64,000 nucleotides of DNA. It comes from Camelus ferus. Taxonomy: Eukaryota. A program made the translations under genes and the position numbers. Shown here piece after piece: positions 37,111 through 50,082 of the stretch (positions are counted from its first letter, which is position 1; each line of letters opens with the position of its first letter). The stretch is from assembly GCF_009834535.1 (NCBI RefSeq), contig NC_045696.1:103790001-103854000 (forward strand), read 5' to 3'. The notes below the pieces were generated by a model that saw nothing but the letters and a program-made list of their open reading frames with translations, did not search any database and was not told the origin of the DNA.

Positions 37111-38244
37111 CCAGATCCCAGACAGCATCAACCCCTGCACATTTGAGAGAAAAAGGCTTCAGACAAAGTCAAGTGCAGTTTTAACTTAAATTCTCAGGAA
37201 TGGGTGTCACCTGCGCTTTCCCATGGCTGACGGGAGAGGCCTAGATTGATTTTTCCCAACATGCTGTTAAAGCTATTTCACGCAAGAGACCCAGGCCTCT
37301 TCCTTAAATAAAGGGCACTGCCTGCCTGCTAGGATCCTTCGTCCAAGATTCTGGGACTGCTCATTGAAAAAGTATTTACTGAGGCCTGCCACAAACTGGC
37401 CTTGTGGAGCAAACGTACTAGTGCTCTAACGTACAGGTTTTGTTTGCTTGGTTTTTTTTTTTTCCCCCCCAAAACTATCCATGTTCCCTGGGTTCTGGTA
37501 GTATGAGTCTTATTTTTAAAATTTCTTTTGAAAAGATTCATTCCCAGGTTCCAATTTACAAGGATAAGAAGTCCATTCTTTGCTTGACTTACATCCTGTT
37601 TTTATCTTGGAATACAATGCTCACAATTCTGCGTCCCCGTTACTGACCATGTTTTTAAGATTGTGATCATTCTGATGAATAAAGTAGATCCCAATATTAC
37701 ATTCAAAGCTGGTAAAACATTTTACTGAGGAGAAATATACTGACTTAAAGGCAAACTGAAGCATCATGTAATTAAAAAATAAAGACGGGGTTCTGAAGGC
37801 CGACAGGCTGGGTAACATGCACACACATGCATCTAGCAGTTCCCAATCTCCTCAAAGCCAAGCACCCTTTACTGTCTCTCCGTGGGCCACGTTCAGAAAG
37901 AGCTATTCCACTAAATTGCATTTATTAACTAATGATTCATCTTCCCACTTAAAAAAAACAACCCTGCAATGTTTTCGTATATGTAATTGCCAATCAGAGC
38001 TTCTACAAAACCTGGGTGAACCCGTTGTTAATCATGGATTCCAAAGTAAAGAGACTTGTGAGCTGATTGTGAGTTTATGTGTTTCCACTGAGGCTTTGGG
38101 GAACTGTGAAAATCATTCAGAGACCTCCAAGAAAACAAAGGCATGGGGATTAGGAACTTCAGGTTGGGAAGTGCCAGTATGAGGCTCTGCTCCCTGTGCC
38201 GCCCTGCACCTGGAAGATGGGAGGTGGTGGAGCAAGGCAATTTG

Positions 38245-38490
38245 GCCTTTGGATTCCGCCAGTCTGGGTTGAAAGCCCAGCTTTGTCACTTATAAGGCAA
38301 CTCACCGTGTGACTTTGGGCAAGTTACTTAACGTCCCTGAGCCTCAGCTTGCTCATCTGTCAAATGGGGCTGATTTTAACATTACTCTAACCTCATAAGG
38401 CTTTTTGATAGTTAAATGGGATAAAGTAGGCCAAACATCTACAACAGTGTGGGCACCTGGTAAGTGCTTCATGATCATAAGCTGTTACGG
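38245..38490 (+). mobile_element. MIR
   Basis: gtgtgactttgggcaagttacttaacgtccctgagcctcagcttgctcatctgtcaaatggg. Confidence 0.85.
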
Positions 38491-39413
38491 CTGTTAGTGC
38501 TGGAGGTCAAGTATCCAGAGCCCTAAGTTCCTACTATCCAAGCAGTAAGAATCATAGTTCCCGTGTGTAAAGCAACTTTTATACCCTAGAAATTTTCCAT
38601 GGGTAAGCTGCCAGGGTCACACGGTGAGTGACATAAAGGGATTTAAATACAGGTCTGACTCTATAGTCCACTGTCTGTGCTGCTAACATGTTCCAGGTGG
38701 TACCTTGATCAGACACTGTCAACAGCTTGTTAAGGGTGAAATCGGCTCTGGCTTTCCTAAGAGGCTTAGCAAGTGAATGGCTCCTTACATCCACTTGCGA
38801 ATCCACAAACAGTGGCATTTCTTTCTCATTAGGGCCAAATGTTTCTCCAGAAGCGAGTAGATTTCCCCCAAATTGTTATTAATAACTAAAATATCACGGC
38901 AACAGTTTTAAACACCGCAGCCTAAAACTTACATAATCAGCCTGTCCTTCAAAATTTTCCACCCTTCCTCATAACCAGTCACAGATTGTCTCTCTTAATC
39001 ATTCTTCTGAGTATGGGGAACTATCTGGAAATTTCCAAGAACATCCCGACTTGTCATAATTTTATTTTTTTCTGTAAAGATTGATTCCTTTCACAACAGC
39101 TAAATGTGATATACATATTTTTACATCCTTATAATACTTTTCATTTCAATGCATTTGCAATTAAGAAAAAACATCCTAAGGCTTTCAAGATTCTCTCTTC
39201 TCTTAAATTTCTACTAGTTCTTCAACATCTCCACAGCATGGCTCCTGGTCCTGGTCCTTTTCTGGTGACCTTTTCTAGGAGGCTTTTCTTATTTTCTCCT
39301 TTGTTTTGCTTGTTCCCCACGTGATTTCTATTATGCTACAACTGCCTGCTTGAGCTTTCTGATTTAGGACTGTTGGCCAGTTTAACGTGTACCACCCCCC
39401 TTCTTTCTCTCTT

Positions 39414-39568
39414 AAAAATTTTTTTCCTTTTTTTAAAATTAAATTCTTTTGTGGAGGGGGTAATGAGGTTAATTAATTAATTTATTTAATAGAGGTGCTG
39501 GGGACTGAACCCAGGGCGTTGTGCATGTTGGGCATGTAACTCTACCACTGAGCTCTACCCTCCCCTCT
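39414..39568 (-). mobile_element. Vic-1-type camelid SINE with 15-bp TSD
   Basis: tRNA-like head at about 39495-39565; TSD ccttctttctctctt at 39399-39413 and 39569-39583. Confidence 0.88.
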
Positions 39569-40169
39569 CCTTCTTTCTCTCTTTTAAGTTTTCATTATTA
39601 TCACAATATAGAAAAAGTCTAAAGCATTGTCTCTTTTAAAGCCACTGGCTTCCTTCGTTTCTGTTAGGCTTCTGTAACTCATTCCGCCTCCTCTCCTTGC
39701 CTTGCTCACTCTGTGAATTTATTTTAGTGTTTTACTTTTCTTCTCTTTCCCTCATCCCCGGCACGTACCAGGTTCTATCCCTTAGCTTCCTCTTATTTGG
39801 CTGCTTATCCTTTTCCCTTCAAGCATTTTAAGAAAGTCCCTGTCCAAATCATTTTCTCTGATCTCCACCAAGTTCCTGAAAAGCCTCTTGTGATGTTGCG
39901 TTGAGAAGTCTCCCAAAGGCCCTGAAGAGGCCATGTGGAGAACAGGGCTGGCAGCTTCTCGGCCCTGGAAGCCAAGCAGGAAGTAGTAAGAACTGGGGAC
40001 TACAGGATCAATCATGTCCCACCTAAATGGGGCGGGGGGTGGTCACTACCCAGCCCCAGACCAACTGTTGCCAGATGAAAATGCCAGATCTGCAGAATAT
40101 TCCATGAAGCCCAAATCAGGATTTTTATATAAAATATATGAAATGTTGACTTCTTAAAAAAAAAAAAAA

Positions 40170-41225
40170 AAGGAATCTGAGTCTGATCAAGTCTCTAAGT
40201 GAGAGAATTTACAGAAAATCTCTGAGACAGAGGACCATGTAGAACAGCACCAAGGAATGCAATCTCAGATTTCCCATTGTGGGAAACTCTATGAGCTAAA
40301 CTGTTTCTTCAACAAAACTTTTATAGCAATAGCAAGGGTGAAAGAAAGAGAGGGAGTAAACCTTTAGATTAAATGAAATTCAAGGGTATATTAACTGCAC
40401 TGTATGGACCTTATTTGGAATTGTGCTTTGAACAAACAAGCTGTTTTTTTTTTTTAAATGACCTAACTGGACAAATTTGCTGACTACGATATTTGATGTT
40501 ATTAAAGAATCACTGTTATTTTTCGGTTTGATAATGATACTGTGGTTATTTTTCCTAGTAATCCACATTTTTAAAAAATGCATTTTTTTAGTAATCCACA
40601 TTTTAAAAGTTTCACTTAGAACTATTTAAAAACTATAAAAGAATTGAAAGAATAGCACCAAAAAAACTATATACACTCCACCCATATCTAATTTTTTTAC
40701 CTATTACCTTTTTCCCGAAACATCTGTAAGTTGCAAACATCATTCTCTTTTAACCCTAAATACTTCAGCATTTATTTCTTAAGAAAAAGCATCTTCTTTT
40801 GGTCTCCTTGTCTTTTAAAGAATCATACTAAAATATTTAGAGATACAATGATACAATCTAGGATTTGCTTTAAAATAATACAGGCGAGGATTTACATGAA
40901 ACAAGACTGGCTGGCCACTGAGAACTGAAGCTGAGTGACGGCTACATAGGGGTTCACTGCACTGGTTTTTCCACATTGTGCATATGCTTAAGATTTTCAT
41001 AATAAAGTTTTAAAAGATTATGTTAATGAGAGAATTTAAAATGACATAAAATGCTTATGATATGACATTAAGTAACAAAAAAAGTTTTAAAATTGTCTGC
41101 AAAATATTATCTCAACCACTAAAAAAATCACCAGGCATAGATAAAGGACTGAAATTATGCATGCCAGAATGTTAACATTCCAAATTGTTTCACAGTACGT
41201 ATATGTTACTTTTATAGTTAGAAGA
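40170..41225 (+). mobile_element. Old L1M (L1MC/L1ME-like) 3' fragments
   Basis: gtatggaccttatttggaatt...tactaaaatatttagagatacaatgat...aggatttgctttaaaataat...attttcataataaag. Confidence 0.65.
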
Positions 41226-41362
41226 AAAACATAATACAATTAAAAATTAGAAGACAAAAACCTGGCAACAGATCCAATTAAAACTATTGTTAGAAGTCAA
41301 ACAAAGTACATATGTGAACTGGACTGACCAGTGGGCCCCAGTTTGTAGCTTTTGACTTAGAG

Positions 41363-41591
41363 AATAGGTCCGCCAACTATGGCCTGCAGGCCAGTTCTGC
41401 CTGCCACCTGTTTTTGTATAACCTGTAAGCTGAGGATGGTTCTGACATTTTTAAATGATTGGAAAAAAAATCAAAAGGAAAATAGTATTTCATGACATGA
41501 AAATTACATGAAATTCAAATTTCACTGCCCATAAGTGAAGTTTTATTGGGACACAGCCATAGTCATTCATTTCTGTATCTATGACAGTATA

Positions 41592-41637
<46 letters not shown>

Positions 41638-41807
41638 CTTCATATTATGTATTTTATATTTTTAATTTCATTAATAAAAAGTTTATGGAAATTGTTTTCT
41701 TTGTTGTTATATAAATACCTACATGGCATCCTCAATTCTGTGTCGATCCACAAAGCCTAAAAATATTTCTTGTCTGGCCCTTTACAGAAACAGTTTGCCA
41801 ACCTCTG
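41363..41807. mobile_element. MER58-family hAT-Charlie element with internal (ATT)n
   Basis: ggtccgccaactatggcctgcaggcc...cctgtttttgta...tctggccctttacagaaacagtttgccaacctctg. Confidence 0.85.
41592..41636. repeat. (ATT)n microsatellite
   Basis: About 15 perfect units. Confidence 0.95.
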
Positions 41808-44800
41808 GTTTAGAACTTGGCTTCCCAAGCAACCTAAAAAGCAGCTTGGTTTAGCAGAAAGAGCACTGGAGTAGGAGTCAAGCATGACCGCTTAACTTTC
41901 TGTGTAACCTGGAGAAGTCACAACTTCTCTGGGCCACAATGCCCTCAATGACAGAACAAAGTGGGTTTAAGTTTCACAAAGCAACTGAAGTGCTGGTTCC
42001 CATTCCCACAAGAGCTAAGCGAGAAGTCTAGGGCGGTGGCAGCACCAAGTGCGGGTGTGCCAGCCAGGTGTGGGGCTTCTGGAGGCCAAGGAACCCGATC
42101 AGACCAGGGCCTGGATTGGCTGCGGAAGCGCAGGGAAGGACAGGCTTTGGGGGCTCCAAAAGTAAAGCAGCATCCCTGCTATGGGCCACATGACTTTCGG
42201 CAAAAGAGTTTCTAGAATCTGCAGCTTAAAACAGGTATTTTGGGTCTCTCTCCAGCCTGAGCTTGGTAGAAAACCAAAAGCATTTGGGCACAGACCATGT
42301 AAGGAGTCTGCTCATTTAAAGTTTAATCCAGATCTAGTCGAGTTGTGGGTGGGGGTGGGGGGTGGGGGTTGGCATCCTCAGCATGTAGAATAGGAGCCTT
42401 GGGATAGAGACTTCATAAGATTCTGGGATAAATTACCCTTAGGGATGCCGATCTGTAGGCTCTTCAGAACAGCCAGCCTGGGACAGTAAAGCCCCAAGGC
42501 CATCATTACGACTGAAGCCACACGGAATGTGAGAGCAGGTCCCTACACTGCAGGCCTGCAGCCTGCATCTTAGGTGCTCTCCCTGAGATGCAGCACCTCC
42601 CACTCTTGCCCCCTTTTACACGACTCCCCTGGCTCCAGGGTGCGGCACAGCAGCCTGCCTCCTAATTGACTGTTCCCTTTGTTCCCTCTTTCTCATGTTC
42701 TGCACCCCCTCCCGCCCCCTTGCTGCCCTCTCAGTCCATAGTCATCTTCATCTCCCTATTTTGCCTGCCAGATGACCACCCCACTCTCTTCCACACTATT
42801 TCCCCAACATCCTGTGTTTTCTAGAGAACCTTTCAGTGAGGGAGCCCCTCTCTGTCCCTATTAAAGGTCCCCCACCTCCCTCCTACAGCTCAAGAAACAA
42901 GAGGAAAGGGGAAAAATTTACAAGGGCACTGCCCTTCTGGGATCTAACCACATTCTCAGCTGGTGGCTTTTGTTTTCTCGACTAGCTGGCTTGTAAGGGC
43001 CTCGGGGCAGGGACTCCACGTCACACTCAGCGCTGGGGAAGACAGGCAGGACTGTTAGACCTTAATTAGAGCAAGGCCTCAGACAGGGTAGAAGATTTTA
43101 GCAGACAAAAAAAAAAAAAAAAAAGAATTTCAAAATCTCCATTTGGCAGCAATGACCACGGGGTAAGGAAGAGGTTTATTTAATCATATAAAGAAAATCA
43201 TAAAAGCTCTCACAGCTCATCATGAACACAGAAAAAATATTGACACTGGCATTTTAAAAACAAAACAGAACCGAAAACAAACTTCCTCCACAGGCCAAAT
43301 ATAGTGAGAGTAGACGCTAGTGCTAGTCTTGAACCCTGAACAGGAATAGCTGCAGAAGCAAGGAAGTCATTAAAGGAAAAGATGCAAAATGAATGACAAG
43401 ATCAAAAGAGTCATTTTCTGGTCAGTGAGATGTTTGGGCCATGGCAGAGCCATGCTGGGATCACCTAACAGAGACAAGGGCTTTGGCAGCTGGTCTGTGA
43501 TTTCCCGGCTGCCCGCAAAGCCCTCTGCAGAACAGCCAGCAGGGAGACCCCCACTGTCCATCAGGGAAACTAAAAAAGCAGAAGCATCTTGCCTGCATCG
43601 CAAATTCAAATTTTTACATTCAAGGGCTTCTCAACTTAACATCTGCTCATGAATGCGAAAGAGTGGCAGGCGTTAAGGAGGTCACCTGGCAAGGCAGGCA
43701 GACCAGCTTGGAGCAGGGCGGCCAGACATACGGTGGCCTATTAGGAGCCAAGACACTTTGGGAAGGTGATGAGGATGATACAGAGTCTCAGGGAAGAACC
43801 ATTCTGGCCATCGGTTGAGATGCTCCCCCGAACTGAGGACTAGTTTTCAGCAAACAGTATAAAAGGCCATTAAGAGAACAGCATTCATTTTTTTTCTGGA
43901 ACAGAGGACACATAATTGTGCTTGTCCATACAATGCCCCAGCTCTGTGTAAGAACTTGGACATGAGCTTCACAGGGAATTTCACGTCATATTCCCCTTCT
44001 GCTTGGATTGGAGTGGTGTGTGTCACACAGTAGATGCTCAAGAAATATTCGAAGAAGTGAACTGAATTGTTGAAGCCCCCTCCCCGTGGATGGGCAATAC
44101 TCGACTACAAAGGACTAGAACATTCTTCATGCAAGGGAATGTTTCACGACTAGTCAAAACCAAATGAGGAGTAAGGAGTCAGCCAGGCCACTTTTAACTT
44201 GTGATAAGCAAAGTCCATTAAATTATTAATCGATTTTAGAAGGTGCTTCTGAAACATTCAGAAGACTCTGAAGGGCTTTAAAATAGTTTCTAACTTGTAC
44301 AGCAAACCTATCCCTTTGTTCCTGGAGCTTCATTAGCAGACTAACCTAAAAGGCATAACAGGGTTCTGGTTCTGAAGAAGAATTTTCTTAGTATTATTTG
44401 TTCAAATAGAGAAGACCACTCCAAGAGGCAAGCTCATTCGAAAGCCACCAACAGTAAAAGAGTTCTGCAGAACTGAAGCGTTTGATGCATAGGAGGACAA
44501 GGACAATTTATTGGCAAGCTGGGACAGACCTTTCCACCATTTGCCTTTGAAACAACTTAAAGGAAGTGGCCATGTCAGTGTTTTGCCACAAGTTGAAGTT
44601 CTGGAGTTCTTATGAAAGGCAAAGCAAGAGGCTTTCCAGAAATTTCCTTGCTCCGAGATTCCTTTCTTCTGTGGATTTCCTGGGTTGGCACTGACCCTGT
44701 GCCAGAATTTCACCACTGCCTAGGACTGTGACGTCCAGGGCTTTACCACACCGTAGGCAGCATTGGGGTGGGGCTGGGTCAAAGGCAATGACTTCACTGG

Positions 44801-44999
44801 CACCGAGTCCTGGAAATTTGACAAAAACCAGCTGTGGGGGCCTAGCCTACTGTCTCACTGCAGGGAAGCTTCCATAAGTCAGGCTCAACCCACAAAGTCC
44901 TCAGACCTGGCTCTGATATAATGGCGGTTACACATAGAAAGGGAAGTTTGCGGTCTGAGCATGAGTGCACCTCTGCCAGATAATGCTCCCGTCAGCTCT

Positions 45000-45320
45000 T
45001 TGCCTGCCTGGATCATCCCTCCACGCAGGTCTCCTCCTCTGGAAGGCTTTCCCTGGCCCATGGTTCTAAAACAGCTCCTCTCCTCCCCACATGACACCCT
45101 TGCCTTTTAAAATTTTCTTTTCTTTTTCTTCTTTGCACTTGTCTTCTTTAATTAATTGTTAACATATTTATTTTTGTGCCCCTCGCCCCCACAACTCCAC
45201 CACACTAGGGTCAGGTCCATGAGAAGCAGGCCCTGGTCTCTCTTGTTCATTACTACATGTCCAACCTCTGGAATGTGCCTGGTATACAGTAGACACTCAA
45301 TAAATGTGTTGAATGCTTAA
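45000..45320 (+). mobile_element. L2 3' end
   Basis: ccatgagaagcagg...tcttgttcat...gtgcctggtatacagtagacactcaataaatgtgttgaatg. Confidence 0.75.
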
Positions 45321-48300
45321 TTACCAAGAAAGCTGTTAAGAACAGCATTTCCCTTGGAAGAGAGGTGTTAGAATGAACCATATGGTACCAGGAACTCAAA
45401 GGCTTAGCGTAATTTAGCATTAAAGAGAAAAATGCTAGGTTTTCTAGTTCCGTCTCCCCCTACCAACCAGCCCTAAGTCGTGGTCTGGCTACCAGTCCCT
45501 CTTTGGGGGATCCATGGAAATGGCTGAGGTAGATCAATATCACTCTAGTAGCAAGAAATGCAATCTTGGTATTCTCACTGACTTAAGGCTTGGGAAAATA
45601 ATTCCTAGTCCCCAAAAAAGAAAAAAAGAAAAGAAAAAGAGGAGTTGAGAATTTTAGACCATAAATCATTCAGGCAGAAAACCACAGATTTGCCCATTTC
45701 ATTTTGGTGAGAACAAAGCAGTTGTTTGCACATTCTTCCTGTCGCACCTGCTCTGGCCTGCCCAGTGTAAACACCTTAGCCAAGAAGTGTAAATGGGCTA
45801 AGCAATGGGTTAAGCACAGCCTTTCCAGCAATGAGAAGGGGTAAGTGCCATCCTCTACAATCGGCAGGAAGTGTTTTTGGCTAATCTAGGAAATCCAAAG
45901 ACAATTGTAAATGGGTCAGCTTAGAAAAGCTTTGTGCCTAGTAAACATTTCTGTGAAATATGAAGGCAAAGCATTAAGGCGAAACACAACAAAGTAATAA
46001 ATAATAATTATTCTTCCATTCACTGGTCTATTTATTAGAATGACAATGGTACAATGAACTTCCCAAACGTCTTATTTGGCTTTCAAGCTCCTTAAATTGT
46101 GTTTAAAATTCTTTTAGGCGAGACCCGGAGCAACATAAATGAGAAACGGCACAGAAAATCATGAGGTATGAAAATCTACAAGATGACGCAACCATCCTTG
46201 AGTTAAAGACAAAAGGATCGACATTTTACAAAGAGGAAATAACACCGTTGAATCTCTCAGGCATTCATTTGTAGGGTAAAACAATTCCATTGCATCCATC
46301 TAATCTTGTGATTAAGATTCAAATGGGTTCAAAATGATTAATTTGTACCAGCCTATCAAAGTGGAAGACATTGAGTTGTAATCTTTCCGAATAGCAATAG
46401 TGTTTTAATTACAAATGCAGGGCTCGTTATTTGCTCAAGAGCAAATGACGATTAGCTTGATCCTACTGCAACTGTTAATGCCACTGGTACTAAAATAAAC
46501 AGGCAATACTGAATCAGGTTTTTGGCATTTCCCTTCAGTCTACGATCTTCTGATTGATGCTATATTCAAAATGCACTTAGTCATTTTAAGTCACAGGCAA
46601 GAAGGAAAATGGCTCCCAAACAGCAACCCCCCCCCCCCAAAAAAAAGGTGTTGCAGGAAGGCTATTTCATGGCAAGCCCAAAGAACGAAATCACTGAGAT
46701 GAATCATGTTCTAATACAAGTAAGCCAGGGAAAAACTCCAAGCAAAATAGTTAAGTTGGCCTCAAAACAACACAATAACAACAATATAACAACAAATCGT
46801 CAGACCATAAGAGGTTTGATTTTTACAGACAGTGCTTTGGAATAGTAGACAAACTGCTACGATAAAGCAACTATTTACACAGATGGTTCTGCATTCTCAA
46901 TGTTCTTCACATTGGAGCAAACCTCAGGGAGGTTTTGGGTTTGGCAGCATCTTCCTCCTAAACACACCTACAAAGACGTTTTCCACAGAGGCTCAGTGTG
47001 CACTTATCATTGCCAGGGGGGTGGGCTTGGGTGAGGGTCCCTCTATGCCGAGAGCTCGGAGGTTACCAGCAGAGGGATCAGGCAAAACAAGAGCATCGGC
47101 ATTTTCTGATTCTCAGAATTTCTGAGATACCTTTTGTTTCAGTGGCGCTGGTGAACTCATGATAATGAAACTACACCTTTGCACACAGACCTTGACTGGC
47201 ATTCTGGAGCACATTACAAAGAAAACCTTCATTTTGAAAGTACTGAGCACAAAGGAGGAAGGAAAAAGCTCTCCCTGTGTAAGCTTTCTGTCTATGTGTA
47301 GAAATATGGCTTAATTTTCAAGGCTTGAAGACCGCATTTTAAAACATCTAAAACCAATTTAGACTCTCTATGAGAAGAAAAAGAACTGCAAAATTTTCAT
47401 GAAACATTTTTTTTAAAGACAATCCTTTGTATATCTCTTATTGCATTTTTAAACAGGATGGGGTTACTAAGGAAATAGGCTCTGGCCCAGTGTTAATTTG
47501 AAACTAAAATATATTTGAGAAGTTAAGCTCAAAGGAAAGAGCCCATTAAATTATTTTGAAAAGTGCCAGAATCTGGTACTTATAGAACCACAGCTGTATG
47601 ATCTGCAATGAACCATTGTAGGGACTCTGTTTCATTTAGTGAAGCTCTTTTTCTTGTAACAGAGCCACCTATAGTTAATATTTCCCCCTTTAAATATTGT
47701 AATCCTCACCTCCCCAAATAATATAGATATACAAATAATGCATTTATTCTTATATATGATCTAAAATTGATTTTGGAAGTATTTAAGTTTTTACTTTCAT
47801 CTTTCATATAACACGTTTAAAGACCGCTTCTTAAAATTTAAATATTTTAAATGTTTCTTATTAAGCTTGTTTGCGCTATTCAAAATTATCTCCAGAAACC
47901 CATTTATTTTTAGTTTCAAGCAAAAATGGAGCTGAATACACAGACTTTTCAAAAAATTCTTTTGTTGTCTAATGGCGCCACACCTATCATATATATGATT
48001 TTTTAAGAGGAATCATCTTACTTTTATAACAGAATCAGTTTATAAGTTTATAAAAGATATATATTTATATAGTACCTGAATAGGAAAGGCTATGCAACTT
48101 AATACCCTGCCCCCCCCAAATTACAACTGTCTTATTTAATTTTGTTTTAATAATCATATTTTAATCTATCTGATGTTCTTGCTACATGGCTCAAAAAAAA
48201 TCTATAAAACATGCAAATTTCAACCTACCTGTATGTATCACTTAATGCAGTGCTAGCATGAAAGACACTCAGCCATTTTTGTGTAAAGCGATGGAGACCA

Positions 48301-49176
48301 ACTGATTTCTCCGTCTTCTTGCTCTCAAGTTTTAGATGCAATTGTCACACACACACAAAGTCATACGCAGAACAGCTTGAATGTACTGTGATCACGAGAA
48401 CTGAATTTATCAACAGGAAAACAGGTTTGAAAAAAGAAGTTTCTCATCCAAGGTTTCTCTGAGCTGAGGCTCAAGGAGGTGGTGTGTTGAATTTTTTTCC
48501 CTTCCTCCTCTGAGAGTTCAAAGCCCGGAGCTGACCACTGCAAAGGCCACTGTCACATTTGCTGAAAATCAAACCACTGATACCAGCACTGAAAATACAA
48601 ATTTGAGAACCAAGTTGTTTGCACACCATGGAGTGCATGAGTTAAAAATAGATTCCACCTTGCCTCCTACCTGCATAATAAACATGTAAGTTTCAACTGT
48701 TTAATTTGATATTCACATTAATTAACAATACAACATACATTATTTAAAAGACAGCAAACGCAAGAAGAAAGGGGAGACACCATCTGGTAGCAGAGTTTTG
48801 TTGTTGTTGTTTTGTTTTTAGCGTTTTTTTTTTTTTTTTGGCTTTGTTAAAAAAAAAAAAGAGGTAAAATTCCATTTTGAATGTGATAAAAAGCAAACAT
48901 CCAGAAGCAAATGAATCGGAACTGAAAGGTGATGCTGAAATAGCTAAGGCTGTAATGAGGCAAAAACAAGTCTTCGCTACCAGATGATATGGCATACCGA
49001 GCATTTACATACTCACATCTGAAATACTAGGCAACGTGTAATGAATTCTATACACAGCATGCACACACAGCACAAGCACGGCTAATCCTGCCTGCCATCT
49101 TAGGCTTGCAGAAGCAAGATACGCACTGCATGCAGCACACGAGCACTGGGGAAGGAGGAGGCAAGGGACAGCTCAC

Positions 49177-49242
49177 CTTAAATGCAGTATCTGATTAATG
49201 TTGTAAGTGACATTGCATATCAGCCTCAGAGTCTTGGTTCAA
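49177..49242 (-). other. ZBTB38: 66-nt 5'-UTR exon of ZBTB38
   Basis: Acceptor atttttctttgttccctcctacccAG|; donor AAG|GTGAGC. Confidence 0.78.
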
Positions 49243-50059
49243 CTGGGTAGGAGGGAACAAAGAAAAATGTCATCAACTGGTGATGCAAGATGAGCCCAAT
49301 CACTAAACACTGTTTAGCAAACTCCAAATTCTGCAACCAGACAGTAGAAGGCATTTCATACAGTTAAGCAGAGCTGCTGCACAATGAATGTGTCTTTTTG
49401 CTTCTGAGAATCAAACAATCCTTTTGCTAAGGAAGAAAATAAGCTGGAACGAATACTGTCATATCTTCTTCTTGAAGAGAGCTTTCAATACAGTATGTAT
49501 CTGGTTCGGGATGCATTTTCTAGACTGTTAATTTCATAGAATTGCTAGCAACAATAACAGAAAAAACAAACCTTTTAAGCTATTGCAAAGTAAAGAACAA
49601 TATTATAAAGGGTGTAGCATTTCTAGATTATTTTTTAGAATCCTAAATGGTGCCGGCAGGCTTGTAGAAGAATGCATGATCAGCTGTCTGTATCTGTGCT
49701 ATAACCTCTAACCACAAGCCGTGTAAATGTATTCTGCTAAATGTATCTGCAGTACAGAACAGCAGATACCTCCTCAGTTGGAATTGTATTAAAATGTGAA
49801 TGAATTTGCTTAGAATTAGAAGCAGAATAAAATCAGTTACAGAAAAATTAATTGATGCTGAGTTCCTTTGCATGTATAACCGACCATCGTGAACGATAAA
49901 TGCTGTCCTTAGGACACTGACCTAAATAATGTTAAGTCTTGCAACAGCATATTGTGCTTGCTCAGAACCTAGGAAACGCAAAATGATTTTTCTCCTCCCT
50001 CCCCCTCTGAAAGCTAAATTGTAAAGTAACAAGCTATTAATAAGAATACCAAAAGGCTT

Positions 50060-50082
50060 TGTGTGTGTGTGTGTGTGTGTGT
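50060..50082. repeat. (TG)n microsatellite
   Basis: Directly visible. Confidence 0.95.

Noticed and set aside
36152..37189. Long overlapping ORFs (272, 182, 177 aa)
   Set aside because: Low-complexity A/G/P/R-rich frames expected from a stop-poor CpG island; no recognisable domain
40556..40608. Tandem duplication of tagtaatccacatttt (period 33)
   Set aside because: Small slippage inside an old L1 fragment; no sign of function
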